DNA of 64,000 bases from an uncultured Candidatus Binatia bacterium (lineage in GTDB: Bacteria; Desulfobacterota; Binatia; Bin18), in NCBI GenBank assembly GCA_965214605.1, contig OZ243961.1, positions 768,001-832,000 on the forward strand. The letters run 5' to 3'. Positions 49,158-59,404 of this stretch are shown here, in pieces. Every line of letters starts with the position of its first letter. Position 1 is the stretch's first letter. The notes below the pieces were generated by a model. The model had not been told where the DNA came from. It saw only the letters and a list, made by a program, of their open reading frames with translations, and did no database searches. The translations under genes were made by a program, and so were the position numbers.

Positions 49158-50273
49158 CTACCACATGGTCTTGAGCAACCCCAACATGGCCTCTTCGGCT
49201 CCCTGCTGTTTATGCCACAGAGAGCTTTCCTCAATTACGGCCTGGGCCACAATTGGCAGTTCGTCCTCTTTGGCTCCAACATCACGTAGACGGCGGGGCA
49301 CGTCAAAGCCGTCAATGAACGCCTCCACCACCTCGGCTGCTTCAGCCGCGACCGACTCGGGCGCCCGCCCGTTGGTCTGAATGCCAAAGGCCTCAGCGAT
49401 CTTGGCCTGCTGGGCCAGGGTCTGCGGAGCCAAAAAACGCATGCAGTGCGGAATTGTGATACACGACGTTACCCCGTGCGGCACGTCCCAACGCGCGCCA
49501 ATCTGATGGCCAAAGATGTGGCTGAGGCGGACGCCCACGTTGCCCAGGCCGAAAATCGACAGCCAAGCCGCGACCTGACACTCGCCACGAGCCTCCACAT
49601 TATCGGGCTCTTTGACAGACAGAGGGAGCGAGACGTACAGCTTGCGAATTGCCTCCATAGCCAGGGCGTCAGACACCGGCTGGGGGTTGACCGACCACAG
49701 AGCTTCAATCGCATGATCAAGCGCCTTGATGCCGGTCGCCACCCATAGCTGCTGGGGGGTCGGCAGAGTTACCTGGGGATCAAGGACGACCGTTTTGGGC
49801 ACGATGCGTGGATCAACCCGCAGCCCTTTGACCCGGGTGGCCTCATCGGTGATCCCGGCAAAGGGGGTGAACTCCCCGGCTGACAGTGTGGTCGAAATCG
49901 CAATCTGGGGCATGTCGGCCTGGGTTTGACCATCTTGGAGCAGTTCCAGAGCCACAATCTTGGCCGCGTCGATCGGGCTGCCCCCACCAAAGCTGATGAT
50001 GGCATCCGCCCCACGGTCGCGCGCCATGGCCACGGCTTGGTCAACCGTATGGCTTGGCACGTGCTGTTTGCAGCCGGTGTACGTACCGGCCCAGCGCTCT
50101 GCGAGCAGGGTCTCAAATTTCTGGATCAGATCGGTTTTCGTCGACAGGCTCCGGCCGGTCAGCACCAAGGCGCGCTGCTTGCCAAAACGCTCGAGTTCGC
50201 CGGGCACCCGCTCTAGCGCGCCAGCTCCAAAAATGACGTTTTCCAACTGGGGGAATTTATACTCGCGAACCAT
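49158..50273 (-). CDS. Iron-containing alcohol dehydrogenase family (maleylacetate reductase-like)
   Basis: GGGSPIDAAK, TTLSAGE, ALDHAIE, SH..GH and VPHG motifs. Confidence 0.88.
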   Translation of the reverse strand: MVREYKFPQLENVIFGAGALERVPGELERFGKQRALVLTGRSLSTKTDLIQKFETLLAERWAGTYTGCKQHVPSHTVDQAVAMARDRGADAIISFGGGSPIDAAKIVALELLQDGQTQADMPQIAISTTLSAGEFTPFAGITDEATRVKGLRVDPRIVPKTVVLDPQVTLPTPQQLWVATGIKALDHAIEALWSVNPQPVSDALAMEAIRKLYVSLPLSVKEPDNVEARGECQVAAWLSIFGLGNVGVRLSHIFGHQIGARWDVPHGVTSCITIPHCMRFLAPQTLAQQAKIAEAFGIQTNGRAPESVAAEAAEVVEAFIDGFDVPRRLRDVGAKEDELPIVAQAVIEESSLWHKQQGAEEAMLGLLKTMW

Positions 50274-50492
50274 GCCTTCCTCCTTCTGCGCTTAGGGCGA
50301 GGAGCGCAGGGGTCTTGCCGGACTCTTTCGGCCCCCGATTATTCTGCCGCTTCCTCGGGTTTGTCAATCGTGGAGTCGCTTGTCAGGCCGCTACCGATGC
50401 GCTATTGCAGGCCGTGTCCGTCCCGGTCCAGTGGTTCATCCCAGCCTTTGCAGCAGGAAGAGCGGATGAACAACTCGTCAGGAGGTAGGCGT

Positions 50493-51311
50493 ATGTCAGG
50501 CTACAGCTCTCTCAAATCTCTCAACCATGGAAGATATTTTGCCCTACTCGTCATCCTGGCCGGCTGGGCCGCCCCCGCGGCCCTGGCCGACTGGAACATA
50601 GACGACAGCAAAGTGATTGACCTCACCTACGCCTTTGACGAAGACACGATCTACTGGCCGACGGCCAAACCGTTTCAACGCGAGCTTGTTGCTGCAGGCC
50701 AAACCGAAGCCGGCTACTGGTATGCGGCCAATAATATCTGTCTGGCAGAGCACGGCGGCACTCATATGGACGCCCCGATTCATTTTGCCCAGGGCAAGCG
50801 CGCCGCGGCGGACGTGCCGGTTCAACAGCTGATCGGGCCGGCGGTCGTGATTGATGTCGAGGCCCAGGCGTCCGCAGACGCGGATTATCGCCTGAGCGTG
50901 GCCGATATTACGGCCTGGGAGCAGACCCACGGCCACATACCGACAGGCGCCATCGTCCTGATGCACAGTGGCTGGGGCAAACGCTGGCCGGATAAACAAC
51001 GCTACCTCGGCACCGACCAGCCCGGCGATGTGACCAATCTGCACTTTCCGAGCTTCTCCGAAGAGGCCGCCCGGTTTCTCGTCTCACAGCGCGAGGTTGA
51101 CGCGCTCGGCGTTGATACGCCGAGCATTGACTCCGGCCAGTCGCGGGACTTCATGGTCCATCGGATCGTTCACGGCGCCAACCTCCCTGGCCTGGAGAAT
51201 GTGGCCAATCTCGACCAGCTACCGCCAAGCGGGGCGCTGCTGATCGCCCTGCCGATGAAGATCGCCAAGGGCTCGGGAGCGCCGGTGCGCATCATCGCTG
51301 TCCTGCCCTAA
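50493..51311 (+). CDS. Secreted cyclase/kynurenine formamidase-family metal hydrolase
   Basis: EHGGTHMDAPIHF, GVDTPSID, LENV and PMKI..GSGAPVR motifs. Signal peptide from ATG 50493 (AGGAGG RBS). Confidence 0.88.
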   Translation: MSGYSSLKSLNHGRYFALLVILAGWAAPAALADWNIDDSKVIDLTYAFDEDTIYWPTAKPFQRELVAAGQTEAGYWYAANNICLAEHGGTHMDAPIHFAQGKRAAADVPVQQLIGPAVVIDVEAQASADADYRLSVADITAWEQTHGHIPTGAIVLMHSGWGKRWPDKQRYLGTDQPGDVTNLHFPSFSEEAARFLVSQREVDALGVDTPSIDSGQSRDFMVHRIVHGANLPGLENVANLDQLPPSGALLIALPMKIAKGSGAPVRIIAVLP

Positions 51312-51425
51312 GGACGAGTATCCCTTGATCGCTTGACTCAGACGGCTGTTCAGCCGTAGAGTTCGCCCAACGCCCGGACCAACAGGTGAGACGCGCCGAT
51401 TCCACAGAGCAAAAGGAGCCACGCA

Positions 51426-52703
51426 ATGACGACATCCGCCCCAACGCGCAGCGCGCTGATGGCCGGCTACCGGGTCCTCGACCTGAGCGACGAAAAGGGC
51501 ATGCTGTGCGGGAAAATGTTTGCCGATATGGGCGCTGAGGTGATCAAGATAGAGCCGCTGGGTGGCGACCCGGCTCGAACCCTGCCGCCGTTCTATCACG
51601 ATGAGGTGGACCCGGAGAAAAGCCTGTACTGGTTTGCCTATAATGCTGGCAAAAAAGGGGTGACCCTCGACCTGACAACGGCCGACGGGCAGGCCGTGTT
51701 CCGCGATCTCGTCGCGGTCTCGGACTTTGTGATTGAAACCTTTCCGGTTGGCTATCTGGATGAGCTCAACCTTGGCTATCAGGCCCTGTCGCAGCTCAAC
51801 CCACGCATCATCCTGACCTCGATCACCCCGTTTGGCGACACCGAAGTGGGACGCGGCCAGCAGGCAGACGATCTGATTGCCTGGGCAACCGGCGGGGCCA
51901 TGGCCATCATGGGCGAGCACGACCGAGGGCCGGCCCGTATCAACCTGTTGCAGAGCTATTTTCACGCCAGCGCCGAAGCCGCGGTCGGCTCCATGACCGC
52001 CCACTATCCGCGCGAGATCAGCGGAGAGGGCCAACACGTGGTGGTCAACATGCAGGCGTGTGTGGTCTGGACGCTTATGAACGAGCAGGCTTTTCCGATC
52101 CTGCACGGCAACTCGGTTGAGCGCAACGGCGTATTTGCCGGTTCCGAGGGCATGCGTCAGCGCCTCGTCTTTCCGTGTAAAGACGGATACATCACCCTCC
52201 TCGTCGCTGGCGGTCCCCTCACCCCGTCCCTCAAGGCATTTCTCAACTGGATGGACGAAAAAGGAATGGCCCCGCAGTGGATGCTCGACAAAGACTGGAC
52301 TCAGTGGGGGCCGGCCACCTTCATGAACGCCAGAGGCGATGAGGTCCAAAAAGAGATTGACGAGATTGAGGCGGCAATTACCGCGTTTCTGAAGACCCTG
52401 ACCAAGGCCGAAATCTACGCCGGAGCCTTACAGCGGCGGATCCTGCTCGCCCCGGTCGCCACCGCAGCGGACATCGCCTCTAGTGAGCAGTTGGCCGCCC
52501 GCGAATTTTTTGTTCCAATCGAGCACGAAGATCTAGGCGAGACGATTCCCTACCCGGGTCCGTTTGCGAAATTGAGCCAAACGCCATTGTCGGTCGCCGG
52601 CCGCGCCCCCCATATCGGAGAGCACAATAGCGAAGTCTATGGCGGCCTGCTTGGCTATAGCCGGGAAAAGCAGGCCGCCCTGCTGATGGTTAGAGCCATC
52701 TAA
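51426..52703 (+). CDS. Family III CoA-transferase, BbsE-like subunit lacking the catalytic Asp
   Basis: RVLDLSDEKG..CGK..ADMGAEVIKIE, NAGKKG and SITPFG motifs; QSYFHAS occupies the usual Asp position. Confidence 0.85.
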   Translation: MTTSAPTRSALMAGYRVLDLSDEKGMLCGKMFADMGAEVIKIEPLGGDPARTLPPFYHDEVDPEKSLYWFAYNAGKKGVTLDLTTADGQAVFRDLVAVSDFVIETFPVGYLDELNLGYQALSQLNPRIILTSITPFGDTEVGRGQQADDLIAWATGGAMAIMGEHDRGPARINLLQSYFHASAEAAVGSMTAHYPREISGEGQHVVVNMQACVVWTLMNEQAFPILHGNSVERNGVFAGSEGMRQRLVFPCKDGYITLLVAGGPLTPSLKAFLNWMDEKGMAPQWMLDKDWTQWGPATFMNARGDEVQKEIDEIEAAITAFLKTLTKAEIYAGALQRRILLAPVATAADIASSEQLAAREFFVPIEHEDLGETIPYPGPFAKLSQTPLSVAGRAPHIGEHNSEVYGGLLGYSREKQAALLMVRAI

Positions 52704-52736
52704 GCCGCCGCCTCTCTGCCATTCAGGAGATACAGG

Positions 52737-53954
52737 ATGGATCGCCGCTACGCATTCGAAGGCATTAAAGTCGCCGACTTCGCCTGGGTCGGCGTTGGCC
52801 CTATTACCGCCAAATACCTGGCCGACCATGGGGCGACAGTCGTCAGGGTCGAGTCCCACGTCCGGCCCGACATTCTGCGCCAGGCCCCGCCCTGGACGGA
52901 CGGGAAACCCGGACTCGACCGCAGCCAATTCTTTGCCAGTTTCAATACCAGCAAGCACGGCATCACTCTCGACCTCGGCAAGGTCAAAGCCCAGGAATTG
53001 GCCAAGAAACTGACCGCCTGGGCCGACGTCGTCCTTGAGAGTTTCACCCCCAAGGCCATGCGCAACTGGGGGCTGGATTATGAGAATCTGCGCAAGATCA
53101 ACCCCGAACTGATCATGCTGTCCACCTGCCAGCAAGGTCAGACCGGCCCTCACGCACTCTACCCGGGCTTTGGCAATCTGATGGCTTCGCTGACCGGCTT
53201 CTACCATATCTCGGGCTGGCCCGACCGTGACCCAGCCCCGCCCTACGGCGCCTACACCGACTTTATAGCCCCCCGTTTTGGCGCGACCGTGCTTATGGCG
53301 GCGCTTGATTATCGGCGTCGGACCGGCAAGGGGCAGTACATCGACATGGCCCAGTACGAGGCTGCCCTCCACTTTTTATCGCCCGGACTACTCGACTACC
53401 AGGTCAACGGCCGAATCCTGAACCGCGAGGGCAACCGCTCGTTTCGTGCCGCCCCGCACGGGGCGTACCGGTGTCAGGGAGAAGACCGCTGGCTGGTCGT
53501 CTCAGTCAGCACGGACGCTCAGTGGCGGGGGTTTCTCGACGTGCTGGGCAACCCCGGCTGGGGCAGTGAGGCGCGCTTTGCCACCCAGACCGAACGCCTG
53601 GCCCACGCCGGGGCGCTTGACGATCTGGTCGGAGGCTGGGCGGCCGAGCAGGAAGCGGAAGTCGCAGCCGACCGCTTACAGCAGGCCGACGTTCCGGCCG
53701 GGGTGGTTCAAAACTGCTTGGACTTACACCAAGACCCGCGGCTGGCCGCATGGAAGATGTTCCAGTATCTCGACCACAAGGAGATGGGGCCTTCTCCGTA
53801 CGAGGGCCATCAGTTCCACCTGTCCAAAACTCCAGGCGAGTTGCGCTGGCCGGCCCCGGTCATGGGACAGCACAACGCCTACGTGTTTGGAGAAATTCTA
53901 GGCCTGAGCGAGTCGGAGATAGCCCAACTGACCGAAGAAAAGGTCATTTACTAA
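52737..53954 (+). CDS. Family III CoA-transferase, BbsF-like catalytic subunit
   Basis: VADFAWVGVGP...LADHGATVVRVES, NTSK and PYGAYTDF (catalytic Asp) motifs. Confidence 0.88.
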   Translation: MDRRYAFEGIKVADFAWVGVGPITAKYLADHGATVVRVESHVRPDILRQAPPWTDGKPGLDRSQFFASFNTSKHGITLDLGKVKAQELAKKLTAWADVVLESFTPKAMRNWGLDYENLRKINPELIMLSTCQQGQTGPHALYPGFGNLMASLTGFYHISGWPDRDPAPPYGAYTDFIAPRFGATVLMAALDYRRRTGKGQYIDMAQYEAALHFLSPGLLDYQVNGRILNREGNRSFRAAPHGAYRCQGEDRWLVVSVSTDAQWRGFLDVLGNPGWGSEARFATQTERLAHAGALDDLVGGWAAEQEAEVAADRLQQADVPAGVVQNCLDLHQDPRLAAWKMFQYLDHKEMGPSPYEGHQFHLSKTPGELRWPAPVMGQHNAYVFGEILGLSESEIAQLTEEKVIY

Positions 53955-54599
53955 ATGTCACGCCAAGGTCCGCTGACCGTTCATCTTGTCCGTCACGGCG
54001 AAACCGAGTGGAACCGGGACGGGCGTTGTCAGGGCGTCACCGATATTCCGCTCACGGCAAAAGGGCGGCGCCAGACCGAGGCAGTCGCTCGGGCCTTCGC
54101 CAGCAAGCGACCCGGCCTGATTCTCTCAAGCCCTCTCCAGCGCGCTCTTGAAACCGCACGCCGAATCGCCAACGTTCACGGTCTGAGTTGCGAGACCGTC
54201 ACGGTCCTGCGGGAATGGGACCAGGGCGAACTCGAAGGGCTGACCGGTACGCAACTGCTGAGCGATCACACCGAGTTTTTTCACCGCTGGCAACAAGATC
54301 CGGCCCACACTCCACCGCCGGGCGGCGAAACGCTCCTAGCCTTGCAGAGCCGGGCCTGGCCGGTCGTCGATAAATTACGAGAGCACACGTCTGAGGGCTC
54401 GGTGGTGGTGGTAAGTCATACCATGACTATCGCCACGATTCTGTGCGCGGCACTCGGTCTTGATCTGGGCCATATCCACCATCTGAGAATCGATCTGGCG
54501 TCGCGGAGTACCATTGTGTTCAGCCAGTTTGGTTTGTTTTCTCTGTGGCGCTTGGTATCGTTGAACGATCGGCATCATTTGGAAGATCGGCTGCGTTAA
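53955..54599 (+). CDS. Histidine phosphatase (phosphoglycerate mutase-like)
   Basis: LVRHGETEWN, SSPLQRA, GGET and VVSH motifs; starts immediately after the CoA-transferase stop. Confidence 0.92.
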   Translation: MSRQGPLTVHLVRHGETEWNRDGRCQGVTDIPLTAKGRRQTEAVARAFASKRPGLILSSPLQRALETARRIANVHGLSCETVTVLREWDQGELEGLTGTQLLSDHTEFFHRWQQDPAHTPPPGGETLLALQSRAWPVVDKLREHTSEGSVVVVSHTMTIATILCAALGLDLGHIHHLRIDLASRSTIVFSQFGLFSLWRLVSLNDRHHLEDRLR

Positions 54600-55142
54600 A
54601 AGTCCGGCCCGCCTCAGAACTGCCCCACCATTTGTCCCGCCTCCTCCACTCTACAAGCTTGTCCCGCTCCTGAAGACCCGATGCCCCGCCCAGCACCAAT
54701 CGCTCAGGGGAACTGTCTCCGAATGTCTGAGTGGCCGGTATCGGTCCGGACGTCAGCCGCGCCTCCACCCCGAGGGAGCCCTAGGTGAGCTGTCATGGCC
54801 TCGGCCAAGCCGGCTGACTTGATGGACGCGTCCGACCGTGACCCCTTGGATGAAGAGTTTCGTGAAGATGGCAGCGAGAAACCTGCTCCTGACCGCTGGC
54901 CGCCGGTGATGCCGCTTTGAACGCCGCGGAGAGCGTCTCTTTGCCTAGCCGCCGAGAACTTCCTCAGGCTCCGACCAACCCGCACGGCTTTGCGCCCGGC
55001 CTCAAGCAATGCTGTAGAGAGATTGTGCCTCTCCCGGTACTTCTAGCAGGGCGATTGTCCTGCACCGTAGGAGCACGTAGTATGTGGGGTAGTGCAGCCG
55101 AAGCGATGAGGAAACACGTTGACGAGCAGGAAAGAGGCGGCT

Positions 55143-56783
55143 ATGGCGACTTCTTCACACAAGACACGGGCAGCCAGCACAGGGCCGGCCGAACAGTTTG
55201 ACGTTATCATCATTGGTGCCGGTATTGCCGGGCTCTATCAGTTGTATCGGACGCGGGAGCTAGGACTGTCAGTCCGGGTCTATGAGAGCGGCACCGGAGT
55301 GGGCGGAACCTGGTATTGGAACCGCTATCCCGGTGCCCGCTTCGATTCCGAGAGTTACAGTTATGGGTACTCGTTCTCCAAAGAACTCTTGCAAGAGTGG
55401 GACTGGAGCGAGCACTTTGCCGCTCAGCCGGAGACCGAGCGGTACCTCAACTACGTCACAGATAAATTCGAGCTGCGCCGCAACATCCAGTTCAGCACCC
55501 GTGTCACCGCGGCAAGATATGATGAGGCCAAGCACTGCTGGCAGATCCAGACCAACGATGGACGCTGGGCGCAGGCGCGATTTCTCATCACCGCAATCGG
55601 GGTCTTATCTGCACCGTACATCCCTGATTTCGCGGGGCGGGACAGCTTTCAGGGCGAGAGCTTCCACACGGCTCAGTGGCCAAAAGAAGGCCGGGACTTT
55701 AGCGGCAAGCGGGTCGGTGTCATCGGCACGGGTGCGACTGCGGTCCAACTCATCACCGAGGTAGCTAAACAGGCCGGCCAGCTGACCGTCTTCCAGCGAA
55801 CGGCGAATTACTGCGCGCCATTGAGAAACGGGCCGATAGACTCCGGGACGCAGCAACAAATCAGAAAAAATTATCCTGAAATTTTCCAAAAATGTCGAGA
55901 ATCCTTTGGTGGTTTTATCCACGACTTTGACCCGCGGTCCGCCCTTGATCTCTCGGAAGAAGAGCGGCTGGCGAGGTATGAGGAGCTCTGGGCACAACCC
56001 GGTTTTGGGAAATGGTTGGGGAACTTCGCCGATATCATGACCAACCTCGAGGCGAACGCCACGTTTACCGAGTTTGTCCGCACCAAGATCCGGGAGCGCG
56101 TCAGAGACCCAGCGGTTGCCGAAAAGCTCGTGCCAAATGACCACCCGTTTGGCACCAAACGCGTCCCCTTGGAGAGCGGCTACTACGAGGTCTATAACCA
56201 GGACACGGTCTTGCTAGTTGATCTGAACGAGACTCCAATTGAGCGGATTACGCCCAAGGGGATCAAGACTCGCGATACCGAGCATGTCTTCGACACGATT
56301 ATTTATGCGACAGGCTTCGATGCCGTCACCGGGGCGTTCAACAGAATTGATATTTGCGGTCTCAACGGACAAACGCTCAAGGACAAGTGGGTCAAAGGGC
56401 CGCGGACCTATCTGGGCCTCCAGAGCGCTGGTTTTCCCAATCTGTTCACCCTCGTTGGGCCCCACAATGGCGCCACCTTTTGCAATATTCCACGCTGTAT
56501 TGAGCAGAATGTCGAGTGGGTGACCGATTGCCTCCGTTACATGGGCAAAAACAACTATACCCGTATCGCAGCCACATCTGAGGCGGAAGACGAGTGGACA
56601 GCCCACGTCAACGAGGTGGCGGCTGACACCCTTCTGGTCCATACTGATTCCTGGTTTGTGGGCGCTAATATTCCCGGCAAGAAGCGGACCTTTCTGATGT
56701 ACGCCGGCGGATCGCCGGCGTACCGGGAAAAGTGTGCGGACGTTGCGGCCAAGGGCTACGCAGGGTTTACGCTGAGTCGCTAG
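55143..56783 (+). CDS. Type I Baeyer-Villiger monooxygenase
   Basis: [17 protein letters not shown], the BVMO fingerprint [18 protein letters not shown] and ATGF motifs. Confidence 0.94.
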   Translation: MATSSHKTRAASTGPAEQFDVIIIGAGIAGLYQLYRTRELGLSVRVYESGTGVGGTWYWNRYPGARFDSESYSYGYSFSKELLQEWDWSEHFAAQPETERYLNYVTDKFELRRNIQFSTRVTAARYDEAKHCWQIQTNDGRWAQARFLITAIGVLSAPYIPDFAGRDSFQGESFHTAQWPKEGRDFSGKRVGVIGTGATAVQLITEVAKQAGQLTVFQRTANYCAPLRNGPIDSGTQQQIRKNYPEIFQKCRESFGGFIHDFDPRSALDLSEEERLARYEELWAQPGFGKWLGNFADIMTNLEANATFTEFVRTKIRERVRDPAVAEKLVPNDHPFGTKRVPLESGYYEVYNQDTVLLVDLNETPIERITPKGIKTRDTEHVFDTIIYATGFDAVTGAFNRIDICGLNGQTLKDKWVKGPRTYLGLQSAGFPNLFTLVGPHNGATFCNIPRCIEQNVEWVTDCLRYMGKNNYTRIAATSEAEDEWTAHVNEVAADTLLVHTDSWFVGANIPGKKRTFLMYAGGSPAYREKCADVAAKGYAGFTLSR

Positions 56784-56833
56784 ACTCGTCCGGAGCCGAC
56801 GCGCTCCTCTACTCAGGCATAAGGAGTGACGGG

Positions 56834-58234
56834 ATGATCAAGAGAGGCGGGGCAATACGTGACCTCTTGGCTAAGCCGGCCGGAACAGTAGTTGAGGCAC
56901 GCGGGTGGGTGAGAACCCACCGCAGCAGCAAGCGTGTCCACTTTCTCCAACTGAACGACGGCTCGTGTTTTGAGACGCTCCAGGTTGTGGCCGAGGCGGA
57001 CCGGATTGCTGAGGACACGCTTAGCCGCGCAACAACCGGCTCCTGTGTCCGGGTGACCGGTGACCTCGTGATCTCTCCCGGCACAGGCCAGACCCTTGAG
57101 CTGCAAGCCCATGACATCCAGGTCTATGGCTCTGCCGACGCGACTAGCTATCCGCTCCAGAAAAAGGGCCACAGCATGGAGTTTTTGCGTGAGATCGCCC
57201 ATCTGCGACCGCGCAGCAATACCTTCGGCGCCGTCTTTCGGGTCCGTAACGCACTCTCGTTTGCCATTCATCGCTTTTTTCAGGAGCGGGGCTTTTTATA
57301 TATTCACACTCCGGTCATCACCGGCTCAGACGCCGAGGGGGCGGGCGAAATGTTTGGGGTGACCACACTTGATCTGCTCAATCTGCCCCGCACCCCATCC
57401 GGAGAGATCGATTACAGCCAAGACTTTTTTGGCCAGCCAGTATTTCTGACGGTCAGCGGCCAGCTTGAGGCAGAGATCTTTGCCCTGGCCTTCTCAAATG
57501 TTTACACCTTCGGGCCCACGTTTCGGGCCGAGCATTCAAACACTCCCCGCCACCTGGCCGAGTTCTGGATGGTCGAGCCGGAAATTGCGTTTTGTGATCT
57601 TGACGACAGCTGCCGGATCGCTGAAGACTTTCTGAAATATGTCATCAGCGCCGTGCTCGACAGCTGTCCCTCTGACCTGGACTTCTTCAACCAACGGATT
57701 GACTCCACCGTGCTAGAGACCCTCGAGCATGTCGTCAGCAGTCCATTCGAGCGGGTAGCCTACGGTGAAGCAATCCGTCTGCTGGAACGCGCGGCCGAGC
57801 AGGGGCAGCGCTGGGAGTTTCCCGTATCGTGGGGGGTGGCTCTGCAGGCTGAGCACGAGCGCTATCTGACCGAACAGGTGTTTGGCAGGCCGATTATCGT
57901 GATCGATTATCCACGGCAAATCAAAGCCTTTTACATGCGGAGGAATGACGACGGTCACACCGTTCGAGCCATGGACGTCCTCGTCCCACGGATCGGAGAA
58001 ATCATTGGCGGCAGTCAGCGGGAGGAGCGCCACGAGGTGCTGCTCGACACCATCCGTGAGAGCGGACTCCAGGAAGACCGTTACTGGTGGTATCTGGAAC
58101 TACGCAAATACGGAACCGCCCCGCACGCAGGTTTTGGCCTCGGCTTAGAGCGTATGATGATGTACCTGACGGGCATGAAAAACATCCGCGATGTGATTCC
58201 TTTTCCCCGAGCCCCGGGTTCGGCGGCGTTCTGA
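56834..58234 (+). CDS. asnS: Asparagine--tRNA ligase
   Basis: [50 protein letters not shown] and GFGLGLER motifs. Confidence 0.96.
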   Translation: MIKRGGAIRDLLAKPAGTVVEARGWVRTHRSSKRVHFLQLNDGSCFETLQVVAEADRIAEDTLSRATTGSCVRVTGDLVISPGTGQTLELQAHDIQVYGSADATSYPLQKKGHSMEFLREIAHLRPRSNTFGAVFRVRNALSFAIHRFFQERGFLYIHTPVITGSDAEGAGEMFGVTTLDLLNLPRTPSGEIDYSQDFFGQPVFLTVSGQLEAEIFALAFSNVYTFGPTFRAEHSNTPRHLAEFWMVEPEIAFCDLDDSCRIAEDFLKYVISAVLDSCPSDLDFFNQRIDSTVLETLEHVVSSPFERVAYGEAIRLLERAAEQGQRWEFPVSWGVALQAEHERYLTEQVFGRPIIVIDYPRQIKAFYMRRNDDGHTVRAMDVLVPRIGEIIGGSQREERHEVLLDTIRESGLQEDRYWWYLELRKYGTAPHAGFGLGLERMMMYLTGMKNIRDVIPFPRAPGSAAF

Positions 58235-58287
58235 GAGGTTCCTCAATCCTGAGGCACAGTGTGGGGAGGCGCTCCTCCTCGTCTAGC

Positions 58288-59283
58288 ATGCGGCTACAAA
58301 CGATAACAGCTGTGGCTATTGTCTCGCTCCTCTCATTGGGATGGGCGACTGCGCTTCAGGCCGCCCCCTTCGCTTATATTCCAAACCGGACGACAGGGAC
58401 GGTGTCGATCGTTGACCTTGCCACCAATAGCGTCGCGGCAAGCCCGGTCCCGGTCGGGAAAGGTCCGACCGGGGTGGCGGTCAGCCCGGACGGCAGTCGG
58501 ATATACGTGACCAATCAGTTCGACGGCACGCTGTCAATCATTGATGCCGCTACCCGCACGACGCTCGGCGCGGCGGTCCGGGTCGGTGACCAGCCGTTTG
58601 GGGTGAGCGTCCATCCGAGCGGCCGCTTTGTCTATGTCGCCAATACTGCCTCAGCCAGCGTGTCGATCGTCGATACGGCCGCCCAGCCCCCGGTCAGTAC
58701 CCAGCTACGGGTCGGCAGAGCTCCAATCGGTCTGGTCACCCATCCCAGCGGCAACTGCGTCTATGTGACCAATAGTGGCGATGACACGCTGTCGGTCATC
58801 GATACCATCAGCCGTACCGTGCGGCCCGAGATCATTGCGGTCGGACGCGGTCCTTTTGGTATCGCTATCCACCCGGACGGCTCCCGGCTGTATGTAGCCA
58901 ACCGGATCGACAACACCGTGTCGGTCATTGCCACCGCAACCCACAGCCTTGTCGGCAACCCTATTCCGGTCCAGAATCGGCCGTTTGGGGTGAGTGTCCA
59001 TCCGAGCGGCGTCTATGTTTACGTCACTAACAATACCAGCCGGTCTGTTTCGGTTATTGACAGTACCAAACATGCGGAATCCGGTCCTCCGATCCCAATC
59101 GTTGAAGCTCCGGCTGGCATCAGCGTCCATCCAGACGGCTCGCAGGTCTATGTCACCCAGGCCCGCAATGCAATCGCTGTCATTGAGGTCAAAACCCACC
59201 GCGTGCGAGAGACGATGATCCCGGTCGCCGGCATGCCAATCGCGCTCGGACAGTTCATCGGGCCGAACGTGTCATCTCGCTAA
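58288..59283 (+). CDS. Exported YVTN-repeat (YncE-like) beta-propeller protein
   Basis: Signal peptide (..TALQA-AP) followed by about 7 repeats of P.G....PDG..YV.N...SVID. Confidence 0.88.
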   Translation: MRLQTITAVAIVSLLSLGWATALQAAPFAYIPNRTTGTVSIVDLATNSVAASPVPVGKGPTGVAVSPDGSRIYVTNQFDGTLSIIDAATRTTLGAAVRVGDQPFGVSVHPSGRFVYVANTASASVSIVDTAAQPPVSTQLRVGRAPIGLVTHPSGNCVYVTNSGDDTLSVIDTISRTVRPEIIAVGRGPFGIAIHPDGSRLYVANRIDNTVSVIATATHSLVGNPIPVQNRPFGVSVHPSGVYVYVTNNTSRSVSVIDSTKHAESGPPIPIVEAPAGISVHPDGSQVYVTQARNAIAVIEVKTHRVRETMIPVAGMPIALGQFIGPNVSSR

Positions 59284-59404
59284 AATGGCGGGGGGATCGT
59301 TCTTCTGACCAAGCATAAGTTGGCAGCCCGGACCATAAGCGCCTTCCCTCCCCCCGCATCTTTCTGGTAAGCTACGGGCCAGATCTGCAACGGGAGGCGT
59401 CAAC

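Noticed and set aside
51219-53372. Long minus-strand ORFs (376 and 279 aa) opposite the CoA-transferases
   Set aside because: Antisense shadows without recognisable domains; the same applies to 19502-20332 and 35906-36733.
59288-59357. 9-bp inverted repeat GCGGGGGGA/TCCCCCCGC
   Set aside because: Low complexity, 52-nt separation and no target-site duplication; not supportable as a MITE or terminator.
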